Source: Octopus bimaculoides (taxonomy: Eukaryota). Taken from it: 64,000 nucleotides of DNA. The stretch is from assembly GCF_001194135.2 (NCBI RefSeq), contig NC_068992.1:15639155-15703154 (forward strand), given 5' to 3'. The notes below the pieces were generated by a model. That model worked only from the letters and a program-made list of their open reading frames with translations, was not told where the DNA came from and did not search any database. Positions 51,601 to 64,000 of the stretch are shown piece by piece. Position 1 is the first letter of the stretch. Every line of letters begins with the position of its first letter. Made by a program: the position numbers and the translations under genes.

Positions 51601-52437
51601 CCATTGCACAAAAGTCTAGGCTCTTAACTTCTGCTAATCTTATAATAATTCTGCTTGTTTCTCTGTTACTTAGCTTTCATGTGATTAGTTGAAGGAGAGG
51701 AGGGATGGGGAGTGTAGGGAGGGATGAAGAGGGGGAGATATGGGAGGGGGAGGAGAGAGATGGGGAGGAAGGAGGTGAGAGGTGGTGGTGAGTGAAATGT
51801 GCAACTTTTTTTTTTAACTAAGTTTTTCCCCTCCGTTATTTTGCCCATCTGTAACCCATTCACGTGATTTGCTGAAGGGAAAAGTGAAAAGCGAAAGTAA
51901 AAGTAAGGAGAGAAAGAGAGGGTAAGGCAAAGATTGAGAGAGAAAGAGGCAGAGTGTTGTGTATTAAGTCTATAAATTGTGCATAAAGCATATAAAATGT
52001 CTATATAAAGTGCATTGTATTAAGTAATTATCATATTCCAATTTCCTTTACTTTTCCTCAATGATTAGCAAACGAACGACTATCTTTTGATACAGGCACA
52101 ACACAGGCTATGCTTTCAGGTTTTTTTGGATAAAGTTTTCAGAAATAAGACTGGCTACAAGAGGAGTTAGATGTAGTGAGCAGAAGAGAAGATTACACTG
52201 GTACTGATAGAGAGAATGAAATTTGGTTGGAGAAAAAAGGAAAAGAGACCCAAGTGGAATGAACTTGTGGAAGAGGGCATAAACAGAACTGGTGAAAGCT
52301 GATGTTACAATGTCTTACCTCTAAAAGATGGCAAGTACTGTACTCAAGGACACCCATCTAATCCATACAAGCATTGAAAAATTAAATGTAAAATGATGAT
52401 AATAATAACAATGGTGACAATGACAACAATGACAGTG

Positions 52438-52590
52438 GTAGGGTGGTGGTAGTGGTGATGGTGGTTTTTTGTGGTGGTGGTGGTGGTGATGGTGGTTTTT
52501 TGTGGTGGTGGTGGTGGTGGTNNNNNNNNNNGGTGGTGGTGGTGGTGGTGGTGATTTTGGTGGTGATGGGAGTGGTGATGGTGGTGGTGA
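52438..52590. repeat. (GGT)n microsatellite with a 10-N gap (52522-52531)
   Basis: Direct inspection. Confidence 0.95.
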
Positions 52591-55500
52591 ATGACAAGAA
52601 GGAGATTCAAGGTAACAAAACAATTGTAAAACTAGTCAGTGTCTATGATTAAACTTTGTACCAGTCTGCTAGTACCAACAGTCAGATGTGTTTGCCAATA
52701 AGAAGAAGTATGAAACATTCAGAATACTTTTGGCCAGTATTCTATCAAGTCAGCCAACTGTAATATTCAGATAAAAATGACTTCAAACAATAACAAAAGG
52801 AATAGAAATCTAAGAAATCCTTTGATCATTTCCCAGTCAAGATTGTGTGGTGAAGAAGTCTACTTCACAAGCATGTGGTTCGAAGTTGTATCCCACTTCA
52901 TAATACTTTGGCTAAGTGTCTTCTATTATAACTTTGAGAATGAATTTGGTAGACGTATATTATATGGAAGCCTATCAGATATGTTTGTGTGTGTGTGTGA
53001 GAGACAGGACTATATGTGCATGGTAAAGGTGTCACAATTGTAAGGCTCTCAGTTCAATTCCCAGTGGTGCATTGTGTCTTCTTGAGCAAGACACTCTATT
53101 TCACATTGCTTCACTCAGTTGGCAAAAATGGGTTGTGCTTTTAACCTTGTCACATTCTGTGTTGTGCTGAATCACCCTGAGAACCATGTTAAGGGCATGC
53201 ATGTCTATGGAGTACTCAGCCATTTGAAAGTTAATTTCATAAGCAGGCTCTTCTGTTGGTTGAATCAACTGGAACACTCATTGCCATAACCAGTGCAATG
53301 CCAGAATATGTGCTTGAGTGAGTGCTGTACATATCTCTTTATCTTGACATCTCATACTAGTTGTAAATGTACTTCACCATCATACAAGAGGTGTTGTGAG
53401 GATTAGTGACAGGAAAAGCATCCAAGAGTAAAATCTGCGTTGAAAAATTTTGTCTGACCCATGAAAGTAGGTGGTGGTGGTGTAGGTGGTGGTGGTGGTG
53501 GTGGTGGTGGTGATGATGATGTACTCAATTGTTAGAGAGTCTGAGCTTCTTCAGAATGGTATTTCAAAACTATGATCCATCAAAAGTATCCAAACTCAGA
53601 ACATCGGACCCCTAAGTAAACTTTTCAAAACAAAGCGCAGGGAATGCTAAGTAAATCTAAAAACATCTCACCAAACACAAAAATCTCCCCTCTCTACTTT
53701 CCAGAACGACTCATGTGGTATTATAATATTTCACTGGACTCACAATTTACAACCATCATTACCACTATGGCCCCTGTAATTAAATCTCAATGTTATGATA
53801 TTATTGCATGTTGGGTGTAGTGGTTGCAAGGACTGAAATAATTGATCAACAACTGATCAATTGGCACCATAGCAGAAATCTACCCAGTCACGGTTGACTG
53901 AGATTAGCTAACAATAACTAATAGAAATTTCTCAATAGTAAATGCATTCAATGCTTGCTTTCAAGAGAAAAATAGATGTTTTTAAAAAAAAAAAAATAGA
54001 TAGATAAAGAGATAAATAAATAATAGAATATCTCTAGCATAGAAATATGCAGGGAACTGGTAGCAGTCACTGTAGTATCATTATTAGTTAGGCAATAAAA
54101 TATACAACATCTTGGTTGAATCAAAAAACTGGAATACATTTACCAATACTAAAATGGTTTGCTTCTGATTTGTTACCCAGCCTGCTAGAAATAGTAGCCA
54201 AATTTATAGTAAATTACATCAACACCCAGTGTTGGACTGGTACATATTTAATCAACCCTCATGCATTCGCAACCTATTCATTTTTCTTTCACATATTACC
54301 CCTGTTGTGTCCACTCCCAAACCCAACACCAACGCCATACTGACCATTATATTCTGCCTTCCTTCCCTGAATGTCAACCCTTTGGAACTCTCCCCTTGTT
54401 TGAGTCTTTTCCCACAGGTTTTCACTCACAAAAGCAACTGATTTTTGATTTTCTATCTATAACTCATTACTAACCCAGCATATGACATATTTAATTGAGA
54501 CAAGGCTGGCTTTTTTTTAATATAATTATTGATAAAAACTTTTGAACTTTCAGCAAAATCAAAAACATCAGTCAACACTGAATACATTAATCAAGCAAAC
54601 AAAGAGATGAAAACAGTTTGTACATAACAGCACAAATATATTTTGGTTACTGGATGTGGTCTGTATGGGCAATAACAGTAGGGTGTAACAATAAATAATT
54701 CATTTTCCAAATAGAGGAGTGAAATGAAGAATAAATTATGCATTATATGTGTAAATTTTTTTTATCAGTTTATGAAAGAGAAATGAGAAAAAAAAAGACA
54801 GTAATAAATTAGATGACAATTCAAAAGTACTTTTATTATATGTTAATTTTTCCCCATACTCATTACAATGAAACAATATTAAAAATGAAAATTAAAAAAA
54901 CTTATAGATTTTTAAACTCAGCTTTTTTTTTCATTTAATAGAAATATTTGATTCGAGAAATTTATGGACAACACATCTACAATAGAATTAATTTACAGAA
55001 ATAAACTCTTTTTAATATCACAAATCATTTTTTCCCATCAATAACTGACTTTCTTTTAGGACTATTTATATAAAACACTAATTCTCTTAAAGGAACTATT
55101 TCAATAAAGTTACCAAACATTGAAATTCCAACATCTGAATTCTTGATTATTAACCGAACTGATTGCTAGAATTTAAACTCAAGTTTCAGCAAGTCAAAAC
55201 AAAAAGTGAGAAACTTTTTATATACCATATTTGATGGCATCTAAGATGTACTTTTTTTCAAGAAAGAGTCTAACAAAGATCATACCTGGGTCCTATATGC
55301 AAAGTTGGGTCTATATTACATGCCTGGTGCAGCTCCCAAACTTACCAGCTCCTGTCAAATCATCCATCTCATGCTAGTATCTAAAACAGACCCTGCCCAC
55401 TACAACAAACTGAGATCCTAAAACCAAAGTGCTATGTAAAAGGTATTGGTATGGGTGCTGGCACCATGCAAAAAGTACTGATGCTGGTGCCACTTAAAAA

Positions 55501-55720
55501 GCACTGATGCAGGTGCCATGTAAAAAGCACTGGTGAAAGTGCCACGTAAAAAGCACCCAATCCACTCTGTAAAGTGGTTGATATTAGGAAGGGTATCCAG
55601 CCATAGAAACTCTGTCAAAACAGATAATGAAGAACAGATAATGAAGTCTAGTGCAGTCTTCTGCCTAGCCAGTCCCTGTCAAACCATCCAACCCATGCCA
55701 GCATGGAAAACAGATGTTAA

Positions 55721-55752
<32 letters not shown>

Positions 55753-57086
55753 ATGTATATACATGTGTGTGTCTATGTGTGTATGTTTGTGGCACCTCGA
55801 CTCAACATCACGTGATTGTTGTTATATTCTTAATATTTCCAATATTGTGTGAAAACATGATTGACTCTGGGGAAATATTACTTTGCTTGTAATACAGGGA
55901 AGGGTTGGAAACAGGAAGCGCAGCCAACCAAAGAAAAATCTACCTCAATGAATGTCATCCAACCCATGCAAGAATGGAAAAGTGGATATCAAAACGACTG
56001 ATTGGTGAATGGATGCACTGGGATGGGATGAGAGGGACAGGATGGATGGAGCAAAATAAGCACATGATTAAGGATATCTAAGGAAGGTGGGGGATGCTGT
56101 CTTCTAGTTGTATCACTTGAACTGAAAAGTGAGGCTGGTGAGAAAAGCTCTGACCTTTAGGAAATTTGGCGGAAAGTAAATGGGCAAAAGATTTTTATTC
56201 AGTTATTGTTACTGATGTTTTTATTGGTTAGTTTTCTTTTGCATCTGTAACAGTTACTGTCATTTTTCACACTTAAGCAAAGCAAATTTTTAACTCTCCA
56301 AGCGACAGTTCAATACTCCTCCTCGTTATTCTCTTTGTCAGAAGCTTCAAGCTCTCAGTCGATGTCGCTGTCAGTTTAAAAGCTTTGAATTTTAGGAATA
56401 TTTAAGTATTTAAGTTGGGTTATTAATGTTCTTGTGGCTAGGATGACTGTCTCCTCACCAACTATTTATCAAAGAGACACAATGAACAACAGAATGGCAT
56501 GATATGGAAAACTATTCAATAATGTATACTGCAAACAAGCAAGACTTTAAAACAATGGAATAAAGAATCCTCGTCTGCTTCAAAGAATATTAAATCATTT
56601 CTTTGTAGAGAATTAAAGATGCAATCATCTCAAGGCATAACATTTAACTTTACATGTTATTCAACACTGGAAAGACTAAAGAATTTATTCTAAAAAAAAA
56701 AAAGACAGTTTGATCATCAAAAAATTTATCCGTTAGCTGAAAAGATTCTGGTGATTGAAATACTCTTTTACTACAAGTCCTAATTCAATTTACAAGTGGG
56801 AGGCATGGTAGTCTTAACAAACCATTTATCTCTAACTACTGAATCTGAAACTCAAGATAAGACCCTTTAGCTAAGCCATATGCTCACTTACATAAGAAAA
56901 AAAAAACCATGCAGCAATGAAGAAACAGTAGATGAATGGGGTGTATTAACTCCTCACTTCTTCTTTAATTGCAACGAACAATCTTAATAGACCAAAAAAG
57001 AACAAGATTAATAGCCACCTAATCAAACATGATATACTGTGATGATAAAAACAGACTGCTTCTTTTTGTTATATTTTCTGTTAATT

Positions 57087-57493
57087 ACTCTTCACTCTTT
57101 TACTCTTTTACTTGTTTCAGTCATTTGACTGCAGCCATGCTGGAGCACCGCCTTTAGTCAAGCAAATCGACCCCCAGGACTTATTCTCTGTAAGCCTAGT
57201 ACTTATTCTATCGGTCTCTTTTGCAAAACTGCTAAGTTACAGGGACATAAACACACCAGCATCAGTTGTCAAGTGATGTTGGGGGGACAAATACAGACAC
57301 ACAAACAAACACATACACATACATATATACGACGGGCTTCTTTCAGTTTCAGTCTACCAAATGCACTCACAAGGCTTTGGTTGGCCCGAGGCTATAGTAG
57401 AAGACACTTGCCCAAGGTGCCACGCAGTGGGACTGAACCCGGAACCATGTAGTTGGTAAGCAAGCTACTTACCACACAGCCACTCCTGCACCT
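57087..57493 (-). mobile_element. SINE family A, full length
   Basis: Near-identical to 17337-17734 and 30995-31401. Confidence 0.9.
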
Positions 57494-58504
57494 ATTACAA
57501 AATTTTTGTTAGTCTTTTCACATTTACTTCTTTAATGCCCAAAATAAATGTAATACTGGATATTCTATAGTTAGCTACAACACTGTAATGTTAATTATGA
57601 ATAGTTACATGTCCATGCATACTAGTCTCTAATAGAACAGATCGCCATCTATAAAAAGCAAATAAAATAGTTTCCTTAGTTGACAGATCCTGAAATGTGA
57701 AATATTCTAGTTGGATATCGGACTCATTGAAATAATTGATTAAAACAAGGCAGTTAGACCAATACCCAACTCTATTCTATCTAAAAGATTTAATTTACTT
57801 TTCAGCATTTCAAAATTTATATTATTAATCAGTTTTTTTTTTGGGGGGGGGGGTACCTTATATAATTATATATTTATATTATAAATAGCAAATAGACTAA
57901 ATATTAAATTTAGTTTTGGAATTACTGGTTGGAAATAAATGAAATATTGAATTTATTAAGAATTCAAACTCTGAATAATCGCACATTTAATCACATAAAT
58001 CAGCCACTGTTTAGTGAAATGGAGAGACATTTATGTGGAATTTATATCAATGCAAGGAGCTAGGAACTAAAAATAGATGCACAAGAGCATCATTCAGTAA
58101 AATGCTTTGATGCACATAAGAAATCATCAATAAATGAATACAATTACACAAGGAATTGAGTCAGAAAATCTTGTGGCATGTGTATCTGTTCTTTTACATT
58201 GTTTGTCTATTTCTTTGTTTAATTTTATTCTCGTTTTTATTTAGCTTTTAATATGACCAGACTTTATCACATTGTGACTGCAATTCCACAACAAAAGTTG
58301 TTCACAGATAAATGTTAACTGTTAGTATTTCAAATTTTATAAGGATAGTTTTATAAGATGCTCAGTTATGCATGTAAATAATTTGGTCTTTTTAAGTTGT
58401 GAATTCAAATATCATTAAGATTCCCTGTGCAAACCATTTCCCTGGGTTCAATGAAATTAAGAAAAGTAATGATATTCCAGACAAGCGTACAGATGGACAC
58501 TTAG

Positions 58505-59205
58505 ACATAGTTCAACACAAACTATTTGCTTGGGACCATCATGAAAATGGAGAACCAAAATGAATATTATCGACCTTTTAAAAAAAAGGCAAGGTATCAG
58601 TGGAAACCTGCTGGAAGATATGTGCTGTGTATGGAGTGAGGTTAGCATTACTCAGTTGATGCAGAACCCAAACGCTGAGCCTGCTGGCATAACTGGCTTG
58701 ATGCAGGTGGTTTTCAACACTTGATTTGGATATTTGGAAAATATCTGAGATCAACCTGGTCTTACAATGGAGCTTGGTATTAACTAACTTCTTCATTTTG
58801 TTACTGCTAATCTCAAATGGCTAGCGAGAGTGAGGTGCATCGTGAACTGAAAAATTTCCTGATCAAAATCTTAAAAGCCACTTCTGGCGCACACATTTTG
58901 GAACAGCTTCTTCTCCATACACAGCACATATCTTCCTGCCAGTTTTCTACTGCTTCCTTGCTTATTTTTAAAATAAAAAATAGGTATGAGGTGTCGATAA
59001 TGTTCAATTTGGTTCTCCATTTTCAGGGTGATCCCAAGGACACAAATTCAACCTATCTCATCACAAGTTCATGTTGAACTACATAAAAATGTCGAGTATG
59101 TAACAAGTGCGCATACACAAAGAAAAGACTGAAGTTAGCTACTTATTAGAGTGCTTGAAGTTTAATGTTGACTAAAACTGAATGGACTTTTTGGCCAACT
59201 CTATA
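58505..59205 (-). mobile_element. mariner-family remnant: TIR and transposase N-terminus on the minus strand, plus an inverted copy of the 5' part
   Basis: TIR-like tatagagttggccaaaaagtccattc ending ~59205. Minus ATG at 59020: MENQIEHYRH..ICAVYGEEAVP..KWL.RF..GNF..KKLVNTKLHCKTRLISDIFQISKSSVENHLHQ..RLSVWVLHQL. Inverted copy starts atggagaaccaaaat at 58547. Confidence 0.75.
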
Positions 59206-59477
59206 TGTATGCGGAGTTGATTTGTTCAACTAAATCTTTCAAGGTGGTGCCCCAGCATGGTCACAGTCTAATGATTGAAACAAGGAAGAGGTAAACAGTG
59301 AACAGGTACACACACACACACACATTATAATGTATACACATGTGTTACGTGCGTGGGGAGATGTACGGGAAGAGTTTGAATAGACCCAGCCTCCGAGACA
59401 TATTCTGAATAGACTGTCAACTTTGATAAAATAAATACGAACACACGCTCATATTAGTTTGTTATGTAAGATATGTG

Positions 59478-59712
59478 TGTTGTTTCTTTACTCCCCACAA
59501 GGGGCCACACACAGAGGGGACAAACAAAGACAGACAAACGGATTAAGTCGATTATATCGACCCCAGTGCGTAACTGGTACTTATTTAATCGACCCAGAAA
59601 GGATGAAAGGCAAAGTCGACCTCGGCGGAATTTGAACTCAGAACGTAGCGGCAGACGAAATACCGCTAAGCATTTCGCCCGGCGTGCTAACGTTTCTGCC
59701 AGCTCACCGCCG
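59478..59712 (-). mobile_element. SINE family D, full length, young, 11-bp TSD
   Basis: Nearly identical to 47075-47306. TSD atgtaagatat at 59464-59474 and 59713-59723. Confidence 0.9.
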
Positions 59713-59724
59713 ATGTAAGATATA

Positions 59725-59772
59725 TGTGTGTGCATGTGTGTGTACATGAGTGTGTATATGTGCGTGTGTGTA

Positions 59773-59814
<42 letters not shown>

Positions 59815-60035
59815 TCCGCATGCATCTATGCATTCGCGCCTGTGTGTGTATGCGTGTGCACATGTATGCGTGTGCACATGTATGCGTGTGTGCGTGTGTG
59901 TACGTATATGTATGTGTGTGAATGCATGTACGTGTGTGTGTACATGTGTGCGTGTGTGTATACGTGTGTTTATCTGTGTGTGTGTGTGTGAGTGCATGTA
60001 CGCGTGTGTACATGTATGCAGGTGTACGTGTGTAT

Positions 60036-60074
<39 letters not shown>

Positions 60075-60110
60075 CACGCGTGTGTATGTGCACGCGTGTG
60101 TGTGTGTGCT
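59725..60110. repeat. (TG)/(TA)/(CG) alternating purine-pyrimidine tract
   Basis: Direct inspection; explains the VC/HT pseudo-ORFs. Confidence 0.95.
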
Positions 60111-60139
60111 TTTGATGTATCAAAAAAATGTTCTTCATG

Positions 60140-60560
60140 TTCCACCCGCGATTCGGAAGTAATTATATTGCTTTTGTCTATCAACCTTGGGAGATGGAAA
60201 GCCCAGTCGGTTCGAATCCCAGCGATGCTACGTCTTTATTACATCAAAGATTTTTCAGTGAGAAATTCTACTCGATCAACAGACGAATACAAATATTTTC
60301 CATGTAGTAAGGGAGACAACTACAGACAAGTAAGAGAATCATTATTTCCCTTTGTTCAACATTTTCAACATGCATTTTTTTTTCTCTCTCATTTTTGGGG
60401 CAAGTTTTGGTTTGAATCTATTCGTAGCGCAGTGTATAGAAACGAGAGAATTCTTCGCGGTGTCTTTGCTTTATCCCTTTACGTTCAGAATTAAAATCAT
60501 ATGCGACCTTTCTCAACAAACATACGTTTTGTAACGGAAGTAGAAATGGCCAAAATAATA
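60140..60560. promoter_or_regulatory. CpG-enriched promoter-like patch with two ETS-type CGGAAGT motifs
   Basis: About 19 CpG in ~400 bp of non-repeat DNA (counted by eye). CGGAAGT at 60154-60160 and 60535-60541. Minus-strand donor caaaac|GTatgt after 60526; plus-strand donor acaa|GTaaga nearby. Confidence 0.4.
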
Positions 60561-60620
60561 TAATTATTAAATAAAAAGATTTTTATGACTGAAATTAAAA
60601 GAAAAGGAAACATTTATTGA

Positions 60621-60678
<58 letters not shown>

Positions 60679-61227
60679 TATATATATATATCCTAGTACA
60701 TAGTACATATTCAATCAGTTTCTTTGGCCGAACTGCTAAATTACAGGGATGTAAACAAACCAACACCAGTTGTCAAGTGGTAGTGAGGGGACAAACACAG
60801 ACACATACACATACATATATACAGACAAAATTCACGGAGGCAAAGTGGCTGAGTTCCTTTTGAGTGTTGGGCCTCACAGAGGCAATGACCGAGAATTTTG
60901 ACATTATGTTGTGCTTTAGAAGACCCATCAAGCCAAGCCAAATCATAGTCATGGCAGATATTGGTGCCACAAAAATAGCACCCATGCCAGTGGCATGCAA
61001 AAGCACCCATTACTCTCAGAGTGGCTGGCATTAGGAAGGGCATCCAGCCATAGAAAACCATACCTAATCAGACTGGAGTCTGGTGCAGCCTTCCAGCTTA
61101 CCAGCTCTGATCAAGCTGGCCAACCCATGCCAGCTTGGACAATGGACGCTAAATGATGAAGATGATGATGACAGGCTTCTTTCAGTTTCCCTTTACTAAA
61201 TCCACTCACAAGGCCTTGGTTGGCCAG

Positions 61228-61616
61228 TTGTTGTTGTTGGCACTCCGTCACTTACGACGTCGAGGGTTCCAGTTAATTCGATCAATGGAACAGCCTGCTC
61301 ATGAAATTAACGTGCAAGTGGCTGAACACTCCACAGACACGTGTACCCTTAACGTAGTTCTCGGGGATACTCAGCATGACACAGTGTGACAAGGCTGACC
61401 CTTTGGATTACAGCCACAACAGAAACAGGAAGTAAGAGTGAGAGAAAGTTGTGGTGAAAGAGTACAGCAGGGTTCGCCACCATCCCCTGCCGGAGCCTCG
61501 TGGAGCTTTAGGTGTTTTCGCTCAATAAACACTCACAACACCCGGTCTGGGAATCGAAACCGCGATCCTATGACTGCGAGTCTGCTGCCCTAACCACTGG
61601 GCCATTGCGCCTCCAC
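61228..61616 (-). mobile_element. SINE family B, full length, nested in a family A SINE, 10-bp TSD
   Basis: TSD ggttggccag at 61218-61227 and 61617-61626; family A sequence on both sides. Confidence 0.92.
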
Positions 61617-63409
61617 GGTTGGCCAGAGGTTATAGTAGAATACACTTGCCCAAGGTATCAAGCAAATAGCTCAAATTAGGGATAGAGAATCATGAAATAA
61701 CATAGCTTCATAACATTCTCTGAAGGCTATTATTCATAACAACCAAAATAATTTTTCATAACTGTGATCTATACAATTATTTCTACTATAGGCACAAGGC
61801 CTGAAATTCAGTGGGAGGGAGTAAATTGATGGCATCAACCCCAGTGCATGACTGGTACTTATTTTAGCAACCCTAGACAATGAAAGGTAAAGCTGACCTT
61901 GGCACAATTTGAACTCAGAATGTTAAACCAGAAAAAAAACACTGTTAAGTATCTTGTCCAGTGTGGTAACAGTTCTGCTCGCTCATTGCCTTATAAATCA
62001 TCGTTTAACATCCACTTTCCATGCTAGCATGGGTTGGACGATTTGACTGAGGACTGGTGAAACCGGATGCCAACACCAGGCTCCAATCACTACACTCAGA
62101 GAGTGTAGTGGGTGCTTTTACATGTCACTGGCACGAAGGCCAGTCAGGCGGTACTGGCAACGGCCACGCTCAAAATGGTGTATTTTATGTGCCACCTGCA
62201 CAGGAGCCAGTCCAGGGGCACTGGCAATGATCTCGCTCGGTGAATTATAAAACACTAAATTGTGAGATAATCTAGAAGTGTTGATTCCAATGTCTCGTGA
62301 CCATTTACAATAATCCACAAATCATGCAGTGACGAGAGACTGCCCACTTCACAGAGTATAAGGATATTTCCATGCATCACAGCTATCACCAATACCAAAT
62401 TTAAAGTTACAATATCAGTTTCCAGTTTATTTGCCTTCGTTTTATATTTTACAAGAATCCATATTGCTTATTGAGAAACATTATGCTTCTGTTACTAATT
62501 CAAATAGTTATCATAATATTCTTCTTTTTTTTTTCTGTTCCTAAGCAACCAAAGAAACCTGATATATGGATACATGTCTGTTAATCCAGTGGTGTCTTTT
62601 CATGTATATTTTATTTCAAAGACCACTCTCAAATGTAGAAATAAACTTCAATTCCAATTGGTAACTCGACTAATGATCTTAGAGAAAAGTTATAATGCAA
62701 GGAAACACATAATTGAATTCTGATTTTCATGCCCTACTTTATGGCAATACCAAGGCTGGTACCATAACATCAATACTGATAAAAAATAAATACGATAAAG
62801 ACAGCTGTAATTTTTGTATGAAAATGAAAGTTTTGCTCACGATTTTGAGCTAGGAATGATATTAAAGCAAATATCTTTCCTTTCCATGTTTGAAACATTG
62901 GGGCAAAAAATCTATATTTGATTGGAAAAAATCTGGCATGCTTCAGAAGAATCCAGAGTTGAAATATAGAGAACACATTGATTTAACACTAGGCCCAAGG
63001 TGAAGGCACATGGCTCAGTGGTTATAGCATAGGGCTTGCAATCATGAGGCAGTGAGTTTGATTACCAGACTGGGCTGTGTGTTGTGTTCTTGAGCAAGAC
63101 ACTTTACTCCACATTGCTGCAGTTCACTCAACTGTAGAGACACGTTGCAACATCACTGGTACCACGCTATGGATAACATTGGTGACATGAAAGTGAGAGG
63201 CTGGTATGTATGGGTGACTGCTTGTCCATAAACAACTTTGCCTGTACTTGTGCCCCAAAGGGTAACTTAGTAGGTGCAACCCCATGGTCATTCATGACAG
63301 AAAGGGGTCCATAAAGATTGCACCTAAAAAGTTATTTTCTAAGGCACAAGGTTGTTTATAGACCAGCATTTACCCATGCATTTACTGGTAAAGTGTAAAG
63401 GGTAAAAAA

Positions 63410-63640
63410 ACGCTTTGTCATGAATGACCATGAGATTGCACCTAGAAACTTACCCTCAGAGACACAAGCACAGGCAAGTTTGTTTATGGACCAGCAGTCA
63501 GCCATGCATTTACCCTTTGCCAGTAAATGCATTGGTGAATGTTGGTCCATAAACAACCTTGCTTGTACTTGTGCCTCAGAGGGCAAGTTTCTAGGTGCAA
63601 TCCAATGGTCATTCATGACCGAGAGGGGTTTTTACCCTTT
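63410..63640. repeat. Fold-back of SINE 3' halves (~95-bp arms, short loop), part of a four-fragment alternating-orientation cluster at 63220-63650
   Basis: tcatgaatgaccat..attgcacctagaaactt..ttatggaccagca..tgcattta pairs with taaatgca..tggtccataaa..aagtttctaggtgcaat..atggtcattcatga. Confidence 0.85.
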
Positions 63641-64000
63641 ACCCTTGTAGGTGCAGTTACCTCCCCTGATGGTAGCTGTCTTAATAGCTCACCACTTGGT
63701 GGCACAGCATGTAACTCTGAGGTTCCAGCTCTTAGACCTTTCTCTTTGTAATCGCGACCGCAGCATGTGAGGATGTGACATCCTTAGCTCTTGCATGCAA
63801 CACCTAATAGACAGTGAACAGCTATGACATAGGATACACAGAAGCTGAACATGGCCTTCCCCTCATAAATACCTTTCATGATTTATTCAACTTGTATATA
63901 TTTGTGACCTGGAGTAAAAGCATTTAAAAGTTACAGCTTGATTCTGTGGATATCATTGTACAGTGTTCTTTCTTCAAATGACATCTATTCCACCTTTCTG

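Noticed and set aside
57625-57692. Minus-strand FQDLSTKETIL resembling human YEQDISTKEEMI as the missing upstream exon
   Set aside because: Distance to the donor is about 9 codons too long for the ungapped alignment and the rest (FAFYRWRSV) does not match; probably chance.
59687-60494. Long ORFs of 120-190 aa
   Set aside because: Almost wholly (TG)/(CA) repeat translation.

Overview
AT-rich, repeat-dense eukaryotic genomic DNA, most likely an Octopus (coleoid cephalopod) assembly. That assignment comes from recognising its tRNA-derived SINE families, CA/TA/CAT/TAA microsatellites and R4/Dong, RTE and Penelope debris from memory. It contains four N gaps. Almost all ORFs in the supplied track are microsatellite or antisense-repeat artefacts. 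The one well-supported host gene is missed by the ORF track. It is three minus-strand GT-AG exons (33269-33395, 27902-27991, 9255-9433) that splice in frame (phases 1-2, 2-2, 2-1) into a coiled-coil protein. That protein aligns without gaps to the N-terminal half of the synaptonemal-complex central-element protein SIX6OS1/C14orf39, compared by eye with the human sequence as recalled. Its 5' and 3' exons were not located with confidence; a 9-nt candidate microexon (5695-5703) and a CpG/ETS promoter-like patch (60.1-60.55 kb) are flagged. The introns hold nested SINEs with target-site duplications, piggyBac, Tc1 and mariner remnants, Penelope-type minimal hammerhead-ribozyme motifs and several long fold-back hairpins.
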